Of a DNA stretch of 64,000 nucleotides, positions 1-12,900 are shown piece by piece; position 1 is the first letter of the stretch; every line of letters begins with the position of its first letter. The position numbers and the translations under genes are program-made. This DNA comes from the human T2T-CHM13v2.0 reference genome, Homo sapiens, in NCBI RefSeq assembly GCF_009914755.1, contig NC_060926.1; one strand, given 5' to 3'. The notes under the pieces were generated by a model. That model had not been told where the DNA came from. It saw nothing but the letters and a program-made list of their open reading frames with translations, and did no database searches.

Positions 1-299
1 AAGAATGGCACTGGCAATGCACCTTCCTGACTCCATTAGCCCAAATATTGACATTAGTTGTGTGGAAATGTTTTGCCACAGTCATCTGTTGAGTGAGTAC
101 TGTGTGGCAGGAGCCCTGTGATCAAGAGTGAACTTCAGCAGTGTAGACTGGAGTTCCAGTGGTTCCAACTCTTTCCTTATCCACTAAGTGCCTCAAACAA
201 GTAACCTAACCTCTCTTAGTGTCGTGCCTGGCTCACAGTGCATTCTGGAATAGCTAGTCCTTCACATGCATTCTGGAATCTCTTACAAGGAATGAGTGA

Positions 300-430
300 G
301 GGTGGCACTGTTATTCACCCCAAATACAGATGAAAAAACTGAGGTGTGGAGATGTTAAATGAGTTGCCCAACATCACAAAGCAAGGTAGTGGTGGAGCTG
401 GCTCCAGAGTCCACATTCTTAACCAAGAGG
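300..430 (-). mobile_element. MIR fragment
   Basis: acagatgaaaaaactgaggtgtggagatgttaaatgagttgcccaacatcaca resembles the antisense MIR core. Confidence 0.65.
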
Positions 431-597
431 CTGAGCTCTCCTGGGGTCACATGGCTGCTGAGGAGTGCAGAGGGACTGGGTTCACATCCTGCCTCACTTC
501 CTGAGCTGAGTTTCCTCCCAGATCTAAGCTGCTTCGTATGGAAGCAGCTGAAATTTTCATGTGATGAACTGAAAAAGCCTTCTGTAAAAACGTTAGT

Positions 598-940
598 GTT
601 CATTCATTATTTCAATAAATATTTGAGCACCTATCTTATACCAAAGATTGTTTTCAGAGCTGGAGAGAGATGTGAATAAGACAAGACAGAGTCTTCATTT
701 CCTTAGAGGCAAATTATAAACAAATGAACAACACTTTCTAAAATGACTTCGTATATTCAAGTGCTGTGAAAAGAATAAACCAGGGTGCTGTGATGGCAAG
801 TAACTCCAGTCTAGTTTTGACTGGGTGGTCAGGGAAGGCCTTAGTGAGTGAGGGAGCCAGCCATGCAGAGACTGGGAGACAGTTGCAAACAGATGAACAG
901 CAACTGCAAAGTTCCTCAGGAAGGATTGTGCTTGGTGTGT
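598..940 (-). mobile_element. L2 fragment
   Basis: ttcattcattatttcaataaatatttgagcacc is the reverse complement of the L2 3' end, followed by typical gtggtcagggaaggcct sequence. Confidence 0.6.
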
Positions 941-1015
941 TAGTGGTAATAGAACTCTGATTTTACACAGATAACATTCTCCACACTGGCATTTCTTTCC
1001 CTCATTTACCTATCA

Positions 1016-1487
<472 letters not shown>

Positions 1488-2276
1488 TCAGTGCCTGCTC
1501 TGAAACCCAGGTAAAAGAGGACAATTTCATCCTGGCTGATGTGTTTTAAACAGCCAAGCAAATTCACGTGGATCCACAGGCCCCAAGAGTATAAAAAATA
1601 ATAGAGGGGTAAATATGGAAAAGCTGATTTGCTGCCCAAACTCAGGGTCAAGCACAGGTCTGAGCAGGCCACCTGTATCTTTTTAGAGTTGTCTTCTCAG
1701 TGAAATGGAGCTGCTGCTACCTGCCACCTTGGAAAAACTGCTTGCTGGCCTCGTACGTGAGGGGTATGCCCAACTCACTTTGGGGAGGTTATTTCAACTT
1801 TTTACTACATCAGGACTCTGCGACCGGTGAACATCAAAAACCCAAAGAAACACGCACATCCTTGCCTGCCCTTGGTAAGCCTGGAGAGAATTTCACTGGT
1901 CAATAACAGATGATTCTGAATTTTGCCTGATTATTCTGGAGCTGACATTTTTGGGTGTCACATTTAACATGGACATTTTTGAAGCATAACTTTGATAACC
2001 ACTCTTGCTGAGGCAGCTGCCTGCCCTGTTCTTGCTTCAGATTCAGTTCCTGCTGAGATCTGCGTGGAAAGAAGTATTTCCCACTATGGGGCTCACACAA
2101 CTAAATGGCACCACTGAAATTCCCTGTCAAGTCCCCTGGTTAGTGTCTAATTAGTGTGTGGCTTTAGGAAGTGGGACAACACATTTACATTTTTGCAGGC
2201 TGTTACCTGAACGTGATCGCTGAATAGCGTCAGCTGTTCAAATAGTAATGCTGCATACAATGAGAAATGTGAGAGG

Positions 2277-2308
2277 GTGTGTGTGTGTATGTGTGTGTGT
2301 GTGTGTGT
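2277..2308. repeat. (GT)n microsatellite
   Basis: Read directly from the sequence. Confidence 0.95.
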
Positions 2309-2375
2309 AGGAGGACACACCCCCGCCCGCTGGCTGGAGTGAGGTATCTGCAATCCTGTGTCAACAGGGGTCTAG

Positions 2376-2735
<360 letters not shown>

Positions 2736-3714
2736 AGCTGCACTTCTTACTCTCCTCCTAAGAGAAGCCCGATTTTGTTTTCAGAGTGCTCCTTGTGTGA
2801 ACTGGGGTTGTGGGAAGGAGTGACATTTCCCTTCCTTTGTTCAGACGGGGTGAAGACTTAACTTACAGGTAAGGGAGGCCCTTGACTGACGTGGGGTGGG
2901 AACTGTTTCGAGCTGTCCTTATCTCTGGGCCTGTTTCCTGACCTGTGAGATGGGCCTGTTTCCTGACCCGTGAAATGAGAAGGTTGGGTGGGATCAGTTT
3001 CCCAGGCTTGCCTGTGGTGAGTAGCCCCCGGAGTGCTCATTCAAAAGCCACTCTGCTCTCCCGAATGAGAATGTTTAGGAGTGAACTCTGTCATGAGCAG
3101 GCATCCAAGTGATCCTCCCCTTCAAGGATGTTTGGGAATGGTGGTCTGCGCAGTCTCTAACAGATCTTCCAACTCCAAAACTCCTGTCCCGGCTATGTCT
3201 GGAAGGCAGTGACTCCTAACTATTCCTGAGACCCAAATGGCTTTGCAAGTCTTACAACAGCTGTGGATGTTCTGTTTAGTAAAAACGTATACAGACACAG
3301 AACTTCAAATTCAGTTGCAGGGTCTGTGGCTTTTGATTAAGAATTCCTACTTTAAGGTTAACCCTTGAAAGAGAATGTAAGCATTCACTTGAGCCAGGCA
3401 TGAAGCAGCTGCTCACTAAAGGTCAGTTATTATGCTATTTCTGTGTCTCAGCTTTTCTATGAAATTCTCATATTATTGTCTCATTGTATAGGTGAGGACA
3501 CTGAGGCATAGAGAGATTAACATGCATTGTAAGTTGTGGCTGAATTTGAACTCAAACAGTCTGATTCCAGAGCCAGTGTGAACTTAAAATCTGGGCTGCC
3601 TGATAAAGTGGTTATCAGTTTTGCCTACTTGAATTCATGGCACTTTCTGCTCCTAATATTTCTGGCCACTTCCCTATACCTCCTTATATTAGTCATAATT
3701 AACTAAGCAGCTAC

Positions 3715-4211
3715 TATGGTATGAGGCCACCACTTCTCCTGTTGTCCTTCCCAGTTTCTCCCCAACCTCCCCTTTTCCCTAGTTTATAAGACAGGAGAAA
3801 AGGGAGAAAGCAAAAAGTTGGAAAGAAACAGAAGTAAGATAAATAGCTAGACGACCTTGGCGCCACCACCTGGCCCTGGTGGTTAAAATAATAATAATAT
3901 TAACCCCTGACCAAAACTACTGGTGTTATCTGTAAATTCCAGATGTTGTATGAGAAAGCACTGTAAAACTTTTTGTTCTGTTAGCTGATGTATGTAGCCC
4001 CCAGTTACGTTCCTCACGCTTACTTGATCTATTATGACTTTTTCATGTAGACCCCTTAGAGTTGTAAGCCCTTAAAAGGGCCAGGAATTTCTTTTTCGGG
4101 GAGCTCGGCTCTTAAGACACGAGTCTGCCGATGCTCCTGGCCAAATAAAAAAAACTCTTCCTTCTTTAATCTGGTGTCTGAGGAGTTTTCTCTGCGACTC
4201 GTCCTGCTACA
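3715..4211 (+). mobile_element. Solo LTR, LTR2B-like (HERV-E/Harlequin group, ERV1)
   Basis: Starts tatggtatgaggccaccac and ends gtctgaggagttttctctgcgactcgtcctgctaca (LTR2-family terminus); contains AATAAA; 4-bp TSD CTAC at 3711-3714 and 4212-4215. Confidence 0.85.
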
Positions 4212-4280
4212 CTACTATGTGCCAGGAATGCTACACACATTGTCTCATTGAAAAATGTCCTCAGAAAATGATATACAGTA

Positions 4281-4489
<209 letters not shown>

Positions 4490-4807
4490 TAAAGACAGGA
4501 AAAATTAGGAAGGTAAATATATCCTAAGGCTCAGAAGTTTTTTGGATTGTTGCTTCTTTGGATAATTTATATTTCATTATATTATCAGAGAACTAGAGAT
4601 AGAGCAGAAACTGAAGATTTTCTAGTTCAAATATCATTCTCCTAGAGACCAGTAGAGAATAGCAATAAATAGTTATTTGTAAAGATTAATTAATTCATTC
4701 TAGAGTCTTATGAAGTCTATCAGTGGTTTTGTCCCTATTTCCAGCATTTTAATGTTGATCAGAAGTGGGCTGGCTCTCTTTGCACTGCTAGGCAGAGCTA
4801 CTGTTCA

Positions 4808-5010
4808 CTGAGCAGGTGCTTTGTGCTGGCGCTGTGCTCAAGCACTTTATGTGGATTATTTAACTTAGCCACACAACAGTATCAGAACTTCTTATTTCAG
4901 ATACCCCTTTTAAGCAAAAAACTTCAAACAGAGGTCTTGTCTGATTTCATGGCTGCACATTTTCCAAGTAGGAAAAACACACAATTGAGGAACATGCCCA
5001 AGGCTGCTCA
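4808..5010 (-). mobile_element. MIR fragment
   Basis: gtgctggcgctgtgctcaagcactttatgtggattatttaactt resembles antisense MIR. Confidence 0.5.
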
Positions 5011-5776
5011 GCAAGCACAGGAGAGAGAGTGGGGTGGGGAGGGAGAGATCACGTGCAAGCAAGCAAGCACTGGGGCAGAACCTGTACCCTCCTGATGATT
5101 CTCAGGCCTGTCTGGGTGGCATCACTTAGCAGGCTGGCCCAGCCAAGATCACACGCACAGCAGCAGGATTTTAAATCACAGGGGATCACATGCTCTACTG
5201 ACTGAAACCAACACAAAAAAAGGTCTAGGTCCATTTCATGTGAGTGAGACCCAGAGGTGCTCCTTTGCTCAGCCCTACCTGCTGGTGCAAGTGGCTGTCC
5301 CAAAGTGCAGGCCCCACCACAGCTCCACCCTGGGACACCAGATTCCCTGCCACCATAGAGGGAGTAGCAACTGAGGTAGGGCACACCTAGGTGGGGCATC
5401 CCATATAACCTTTTCTAGGTTGGCCTTGCCCAGTGTGACGTAGCCAGCCAGGTAACACCAGATCTGAAATACCCATATGTGCAGAACCCACTGAAGGGGT
5501 GGGGTGTCTAGACCTTAAGAGTGTTGGGCTTGTTGTCAGTGGAGGGGTGGAGCAGTCTTCTTGGCCCTGACCTCACCTTAATAGAGATCCTCCCATTTTG
5601 GCCTTGGAGGTTTAATATATAGTCACGGAAGTGTACTGAAATAGTCATAAGAAGGAATGTTCTCCATACAACTTTAAAGTTGTACAGTGCTTTCTGCAGT
5701 GAAATGAATTTTTTCACGGAATGGATTTTTTTAACGAGTCTTGAAATTAACATGTGAGGAGCAGCATGACACATTA

Positions 5777-5780
<4 letters not shown>

Positions 5781-5810
<30 letters not shown>
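5781..5810. repeat. (GT)n microsatellite
   Basis: Read directly from the sequence. Confidence 0.95.
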
Positions 5811-5813
<3 letters not shown>

Positions 5814-6799
5814 TGAAGGCCATTTGTTAAATGGAACACCTAAAAATACCATTGTTTTTGTTTTTGCGGTTGTCAGGGGCCTCAATAAATGCAAGCTGGC
5901 TCAGGAGATGCTTGACCTGAGAGGTCTGGAAAGACAGATTAGAAGTCTCAGCAGAGGACCAAACCCAGACCCCACTTCTGCAGAAGTTCTGTACCCAGGT
6001 TTCCCCACTGCAGGCATAACCAGCAGCCCCTCAAAGGCCCCAGACCAGCCAACTGTCTTTAGAAATGCAGACCCAGGATCAGCTTTGCTACCAGCCATGG
6101 AATCTTGGGTCAGTGGCCCATACTCTGAGCTGTGTTTCCACAGTGCAAGGCTGGCCGGACAGTGTTTTATTTCAGAGTTCTCCTGTCTGTGGCATCTTCA
6201 GAAGTTAAAGATTTGCTTGACCACTATAAGGTGCCCTGGGAGTGTAGACCTCCCACATCCCAGCTGCCTGGCTGGCAGTGGGTGGGGAGTAAGCAGTAGA
6301 GAGAGGACAGGTGGCCCGGAATCTAACAGCTTGCCTCTGGATTCTCCCTAGTAAGCTTGGAATGATGCTGGAGCAGCTCTGGGCCGAGGGGACCAGTCTA
6401 AGGCTGGACGCAAAAGACTGGGCGCCACCTAGTCTGTTCATCAGGTATTAAATGCCCTGAGTTTTCAAAGCTCTGGTGATTCAGTAGTGGACGGGTAAGG
6501 TTCCTGCCTCTCCTGGGGCTTACCGTCCAGGGGTGGGGAGGACGTCACTATATGAAATTATCTTATTTATAGCTTAATGTCATTATTTAAAAAGGGGGAG
6601 GGAATCACTTGACGGGTGGGCAAGGTGGGGACGGGGTTGGATGGAATGGTCAAAAAAGGTCTTTCAGAGTTCTTCCAATCCTGAACTAACTCACCTGCAC
6701 CCTTGGCCCAATCATTTTCACTCCCGAGGGTCTGCACTCCTCGTTTCTACATTCTAGGAAGAAAGGGGTTGGACCCTCCCCTCTTTAAGCTGGGTTGGG

Positions 6800-7640
6800 T
6801 CCGAATCCCGTGCTTCTTTCACTTCCTGAGCCGGGCTGGCTGGGTGGGAACAGGCTCCTTGCCGCCTCCCCAGCGCTGGCCACTACCACACTGCCGCCCG
6901 CCTGGGCCTCCTTTCAACCTCGTGGTGGAGCCCTGCGGTTTCCCAGCGGAGCCGGGCCCGGGGCTGCTCCCTCGCGGGCGAGGCTCACCTGTCCCGGCCC
7001 GGCCCCCTCCCGCGCCCCAGGTGGTTCAGGGCGGGGAGGAGCCTCGCCCCGCCCCGCGCGGTAGCAGCCAACGCCGGCCCCAGGCGGGTGCGCTGGGAGC
7101 CTGGGCCGGGAGCCGGGTGAGGGCGCCGAGAGGCTCGGTGGGCGCGGGCGGCGAGGTGAGCTGGGCCAGCGCAGCAGGCGGGGGCGGTGGTGGGTTCGGG
7201 ACGGCTCACCCCGCGCCGGAGCGAGTGCGGGGCCGCGCGACTGCGGCGGGAGATGCGCTGCGCCCCTTCTGGGCGCGCTGGGGCAGCCAGGAGCTCGCGG
7301 GGCCGCGGGGCCGCGGGGCCGCGGCGCAGTGGCGGGGTCGGGGTCTGGTCGCTGCCTCGAGGCGAGCAGCTGCCAACATCTGGACGGGACGGGAGCAGGG
7401 GGCCGGGGCAAGGCTGGAGCGGTGTGGGTCTCTAATCGTCCAGAGCCCTGCGGGGCCAGTGACTTCGGCAGAGCCGAGGGGAGAGGAGATACTGGGGGTC
7501 AAACTGCTGGAGAGAGCGCGGAGCTGGGGCTGGGGTTCAAGGCCGATCGTGGGGCCAAGAGCGAGCGTGCCAGCTCCAGTGTTTCCCCCTGCAGCGCTTC
7601 ACGCGCGACCAGCTTGGGTGCCGCCGCTTCCCTTGCCCCG
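6800..7640. promoter_or_regulatory. LYPD6B: CpG island promoter
   Basis: Abrupt rise in GC and CpG density; GC boxes (cgccccgccccg near 7045; ggggcgg); ETS-type cacttcctg near 6820; no obvious TATA box. Confidence 0.9.
6845..7155 (+). other. LYPD6B: Non-coding exon 1 (5'UTR) of LY6/PLAUR domain-containing 6B; start approximate
   Basis: Strong donor GAG|GTGAGC at 7155/7156 inside the CpG island. The exon end gagaggctcggtgggcgcgggcggcgag matches my recollection of the LYPD6B mRNA leader, and a TXN retrocopy 30 kb downstream fits TXNP5. Identity is from memory. Confidence 0.8.
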
Positions 7641-7844
7641 GCTCTTTACTTTTGTTGTTGAATAACCTACCTTACACATTGGTTAGTTACCTGGGGCTTC
7701 TCAAAAGCCGGGTCTGGAGGCTGCTCTGACTCCAGGGGGCTTGGGTTGTGAGGCTTCAGGTCTGTATGCCCTGTGGCGTTTGGGGGGAGCTGGTGGGTGG
7801 AGGGGTGCTGTCCACCTCCCAAGGCCAGGGGATCAGAGAGTGGG

Positions 7845-8010
7845 AAAAGTCTAGAATGCTATTTAAATTCCAGTAACTAGCTGTGTGACCTTGGGCAAGT
7901 TACTGAACTGCTCTGAGCCTCAGTTCCCTTAAAGTAAAATAGGTATTATTAATATTATAATCATTACAACAGACTTAGGTTATATGATGTTCATGGAGTA
8001 CATAGCATAC
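7845..8010 (+). mobile_element. MIR
   Basis: ctagctgtgtgaccttgggcaagttactgaactgctctgagcctcagtt is the MIR core. Confidence 0.85.
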
Positions 8011-8561
8011 TGCTTGATTTTTCCCCCTTTGTGTTGATGTGGTGATGTGTGTGTTGTGGGGTGGGGGCATTCTTTCCCACCCTGACTTGTTCATGGTTAG
8101 GCTTCCTCCAGGATGCCTTACTTGCTGACAGCATCACAGAGGCCAAGATTAGGGCTGCCAGTGCACAGGCCCTGCAGATGGAGGGGGTGTTGTCAGACTG
8201 CCCTCATCATTACCCATCGTATTTGTCAGAATTGTTTTCTTTGGGTTGGGTTTTGGTCACTTGAAAATTGCCTTATACTATGTAGAAATTGATTGGGTCA
8301 CATAAATGAAAAGGTCGAGGGTTTCAGTTTAAAGCTATAGCTAGTTCCAGAGGCTCATACAAGGTTCCAGGGCTAGTTCTCTCTCTTGTATATCTTAGCT
8401 GTTTTTCTCTCTGTGTTTACTGGTTCTTAGTATGGACGATAAATAGGACTTGCACCTTCAGGCTTATCTGCTCCTTCAGAGAGAGAGACAGAGACAAAGA
8501 GGGAGAGAGAGAATCCCATCTTCTCTATCCGTATAGCAGTCTCTCTCTGTCTCTCTCTCTC

Positions 8562-8958
<397 letters not shown>

Positions 8959-9406
8959 TGACCGACTGTGATTGATAGACTGGCCCACCTCTGCTGCAAG
9001 GCATGTCGGTAGGGGGCGCAATTCCCAATGAGAAGTCTGACAAAACAGGACATGTTCATTTTACTATCTCTGTCTTTGCTCACCAGCGCCTAAAGGTAGT
9101 CTGCAGTAGAATGTAGACAGCCTGAGGGCCGTATTCCATCAGTCAAGTCTTCATCTAATGCATGGAGGGCATCCTGTGTGTCCATCTTTTCATTCATTGT
9201 TTTTTGTTTATTCATTCATTCGACATATAATAAATGCTCAACATATGCCAGGGCCTCTGCCAAGGGCGAAAATGCTTGCTTTTGAGAAGCTCACAGTCTA
9301 GTTGGAAAGACAGATATGAGGATAACATCGTCTAGGACTCATCTGTCTGGGGACGTAGTGAAGACTCCCCAAAGAAACTGTAGTTGAGCTTTGAATTGAA
9401 ATTGAG

Positions 9407-9460
9407 CTCCAGCCTGGGCAGCAGAGCGAGACTCCGTCTCAAAAAAAAAAAAAAAAAAAA
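9407..9460 (+). mobile_element. Extremely 5'-truncated Alu (3' ~35 nt plus poly(A))
   Basis: ctccagcctgggcagcagagcgagactccgtctc followed by A20; TSD gaaattgag / gaaaatgag. Confidence 0.88.
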
Positions 9461-9539
9461 GAAAATGAGAAGGGCTGGTCTAGGAGAAAAATTCTAGGCC
9501 ATGTGGTAGGATTCCAGAGGGACACTTTTTGTTGTAATA

Positions 9540-9990
9540 TTGTTTAGGTTACTCTACTTTCTTGCTTAGAACATCTGAAGGTAGGTCGTTCGAAGTGGCC
9601 ACAGCTCTTTGGTGGCTTCTAGAAAATTATCTTGTTTTTCCAGGGTGACTAGAGCTCCATCATGCCTTCACATGACAACATCCAAAGCAGAAAAAAGAAG
9701 GCCGGGGCTTGCTGCTTAATCTTTCTCTAGATAATAAAGGACAAATTTTCCCCGAAGTTCCCTGCGTCACTGGCCAAAGTGGTCTAACGCTTACCCTGAA
9801 ACCAGTCATTGGCAAAGGAGAAGAGGGGCCCATGATTGTTTTGCCCAAGCTATTTTCCGGAGCTGTAGGAGGGGCTCACCTACCTGAGCATCCATGCTCC
9901 ATGTCTGAACACAATCAGAATTCTGTTAGCAAGGAGGAAAGTGAGACTGCCTGTTGGGCTGTTAGGTAGGCAACAAACTGTGTCTCCCAG
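9540..9990 (-). mobile_element. Old MaLR LTR (MLT1J/K-like)
   Basis: Motifs cactggccaaagtggtc, aaaccagtcattggcaaagg and cagaattctgttagcaaggagg are typical of antisense MLT1. Confidence 0.55.
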
Positions 9991-12900
9991 AGGTGGGGAC
10001 AGGTGATGCAAGGTCTGGCACAGATTGGTAATCAGAAGTCCAATACCATGGGAGATGCCTAGGGTGTGGCTGAGGGGAGGAAAGGAGCTGAGGTTGGAAA
10101 AGTAAGTAAAGACAGGACTACCCTGTATTAGATTCCATGGATGTCACTAAGAAGCATAGTAAATCTTGGTCCAATTCCTCAACAAGCTTACACCTGAAAC
10201 CTGGAAAAGCTTCTCTGAGTTTTCCATACTCCCAATAGTAATAGCAACAGTGGCTCACTCTATGGTGGCAATTCTCAAGGGGTGGATTGGGGTGGAGGAG
10301 TTTCAGAAGAGTTTCAAACCCTGTGTAGTTTGAAAAGCCTCACATATGATTTTGCTGGGCACCCACTGCCTACCTTCCCCGGAAACTCCCTGTCCCTCTC
10401 TTGAGAACACTTACTTGCTCTAAATCATGACTTTGTTTCAGTATTGTTAACTGTCTTCAAACTAACAGGCTGGGACTTGGTGAAGATGCAATTAATGGTA
10501 GATCCTGGACTAGTAAACAATTCTCCTGATGCTAAGTCCAAAGAGCGATAACTTTGGTAGTTGCATTTAGTAGGAAACCAGCCTCTACCATGAACTGCTT
10601 TGAAATCATGTATCCTATTTTCATCTGAAATGTGAAGTGAGTGCTGCACTTTGTTTCTGCTTTATATGGTAGACATTGGTGGACATTGGTGCTGGACTTT
10701 TGGAATCAGATTGGGCAACCAAGGATGCCGCTTCTCATGATCCTCTATCCTCAATATCTAGTTAGCAAAGAAATTGGCAAAAAGACATGATCACTAATGC
10801 TGGAAGAAAGCAGAAGTGGAGGGCAGCATATTTTCCTGTTTTCAGCAACAATACTGCCATGGGCTGGCCAGGATCACTGGAAGAATGTGAGGGAATGAGG
10901 TAGAGAGAAATGCCTTGGGCAGTCATTTATTTCACAAATATTTATTGAGCATCTACTGTGTGCCAGACACTGTTCTAGGTGCTGGGGATTGGAGCTTACA
11001 GTCTACTAGATGGAGACATTTATTTATGTTTTGTCTAATAAGTCAGGCGGTGAGAAGTACAGAAATAAAAAATAAAATAGATCCAGACAAGAGTGCAGTC
11101 ATTAGAAACAAACTGGATATAGTGCTGGAAATCATGGCTTATTCTCTCTTGTTTCCAGCAGAGCTATATGGTCTAAGCAGGTAGGGTTTTGGGCAAAAAG
11201 GACAGGTGTTCATGTGGAAAAAGACAGTTAAATGTTAAATAACTCAATTTTATAGGATTTCTTTCATGCAGAATTTCTTTGATTGTTTGTTATAACTCAC
11301 ATTGTTCCTAAATATGATTTATAATGACTTACAAAAACATGGTACCAGGTCATGAGAAATAAATGTAGAAACATGAGCAAAGGGAAAATAAGGGTCATTT
11401 CTTTCATCATTATGTTCCAGAATTGTTTAGTTTTGGTAGCAGGGAAAGGAAGAAATACGGTGGTTACAAATGTGGTGATTCATGCTCAGGGTTCATTATT
11501 TAAAAGAAGAGAAAATAAATTTTGATGCCTCAGGAACTTGTACTTTCTTTTGGTGTTTAAAGAATCAATTTTATTTGATAGAAAAAGTGGTCTCTTTACT
11601 AAGGACTTGTATGAAATTTATCTCCTGAATTCAAAGAAAACTAACTTCTTTTGGGTCAATATAAAGTACACCAAAAGTTAACAGATCAAAAGTCCAATTC
11701 CAAAGTTAAATAATATGCTACAGATACAAATTGATGAGAGGTTATGTTTGGACCCATTACTGCCTGGAAAAAACAGAAACACAAATAAAATTTTAAAGTG
11801 TTGAAGTGTTTTGCAGAGGTAATTTTAACTACTTGCTTTTATTGAGTTTTCTTGTTGTTCAGTACAATAATTTGGATATAAGTCTTGTGTCAGAAATGTA
11901 ATTTGTAAATTACTTCTCCCAGCGACTGCCTTGTCATTTTTATTCCCTTAACAATGTCTTCTCAGAGCAAAAGTTTTAATTTTGATAAACCAGTTTATCG
12001 ATTTTTTAATACATCCAACTTTTATTGTTGTATTGAGGAATTCTCTAACTAACCAAAAAGTCTTGAACATTTCTATTTTCTTCTAGAAGTTTCATGTTTT
12101 ATGTTTTACACTTAGGTCTATGATCCATTTTACTTTAATTTTTGTATAAGGGATAAAGTATGAGTCAAAGGTATTTTCTTTTTGGTATGTGGGAGTCCAA
12201 ATGTTCCAGCACCATTTGTTGAAATGACTGTCCTTTCTTCCCTTGAATTGTCTTAGAGCTTTTGTCACTAATCAATTAGCTAAAATGTAAGGGTTTATTA
12301 CTAGACTCTCAATTCAGTTCCATTGATCTGTATGCTTACTTCATGCCAACACTACAGTATCTTGATTATTGTGGCTTTAGAATACATTTTGGAAGCACAT
12401 AGTGTAGGCCCTCCAACTTTATTCTTTTTCAAAATTGCTATGACTCTTTTAGTTCTTTTGCCTTTCCATATGAATTCTAGAATTAGTTTGTCAATATCTA
12501 CAAAAAAATCCTCCTAGGATTTTGAATGGAATTGTATTAAATCTACAGATTAATTTAGGAAGAATTGACATCTTTACATTATTGAGTTTTCTAGTTCATG
12601 AGCAGGGTATAACCATCCATTTATTTAAGTCTTTGATTTCTTCCATCAGCACTCTGTAGTTTTCAGGATATAGATCTTGCACATATTTTGTTAGATTTAT
12701 ACTTAGGTATTTCATTTTGGGGATTGCTGTTGTTGCTGGTATATAGAAATAGAATTTATTTTTGTGTGTTGGTATTGTATTCTGTGGCCTTGCAAAAGTT
12801 ACTCATCTGTTTTAGGTGGGTCCTTTGTAGATTCTTTGGAATTTTCTACATAGACAATCATATTATCTGTGAATAGAGACAGTTTTATTTTTCCTTTCTA

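Noticed and set aside
5785-6351. 188-aa ORF
   Set aside because: It begins within a (GT)n microsatellite and has no recognisable homology or splice context.
6703-7665. 320-aa ORF and overlapping ORFs on both strands
   Set aside because: It starts at TTG, is Gly/Ala/Pro/Arg-rich, has no domain and crosses the splice donor. Long stop-free frames are expected in a CpG island.
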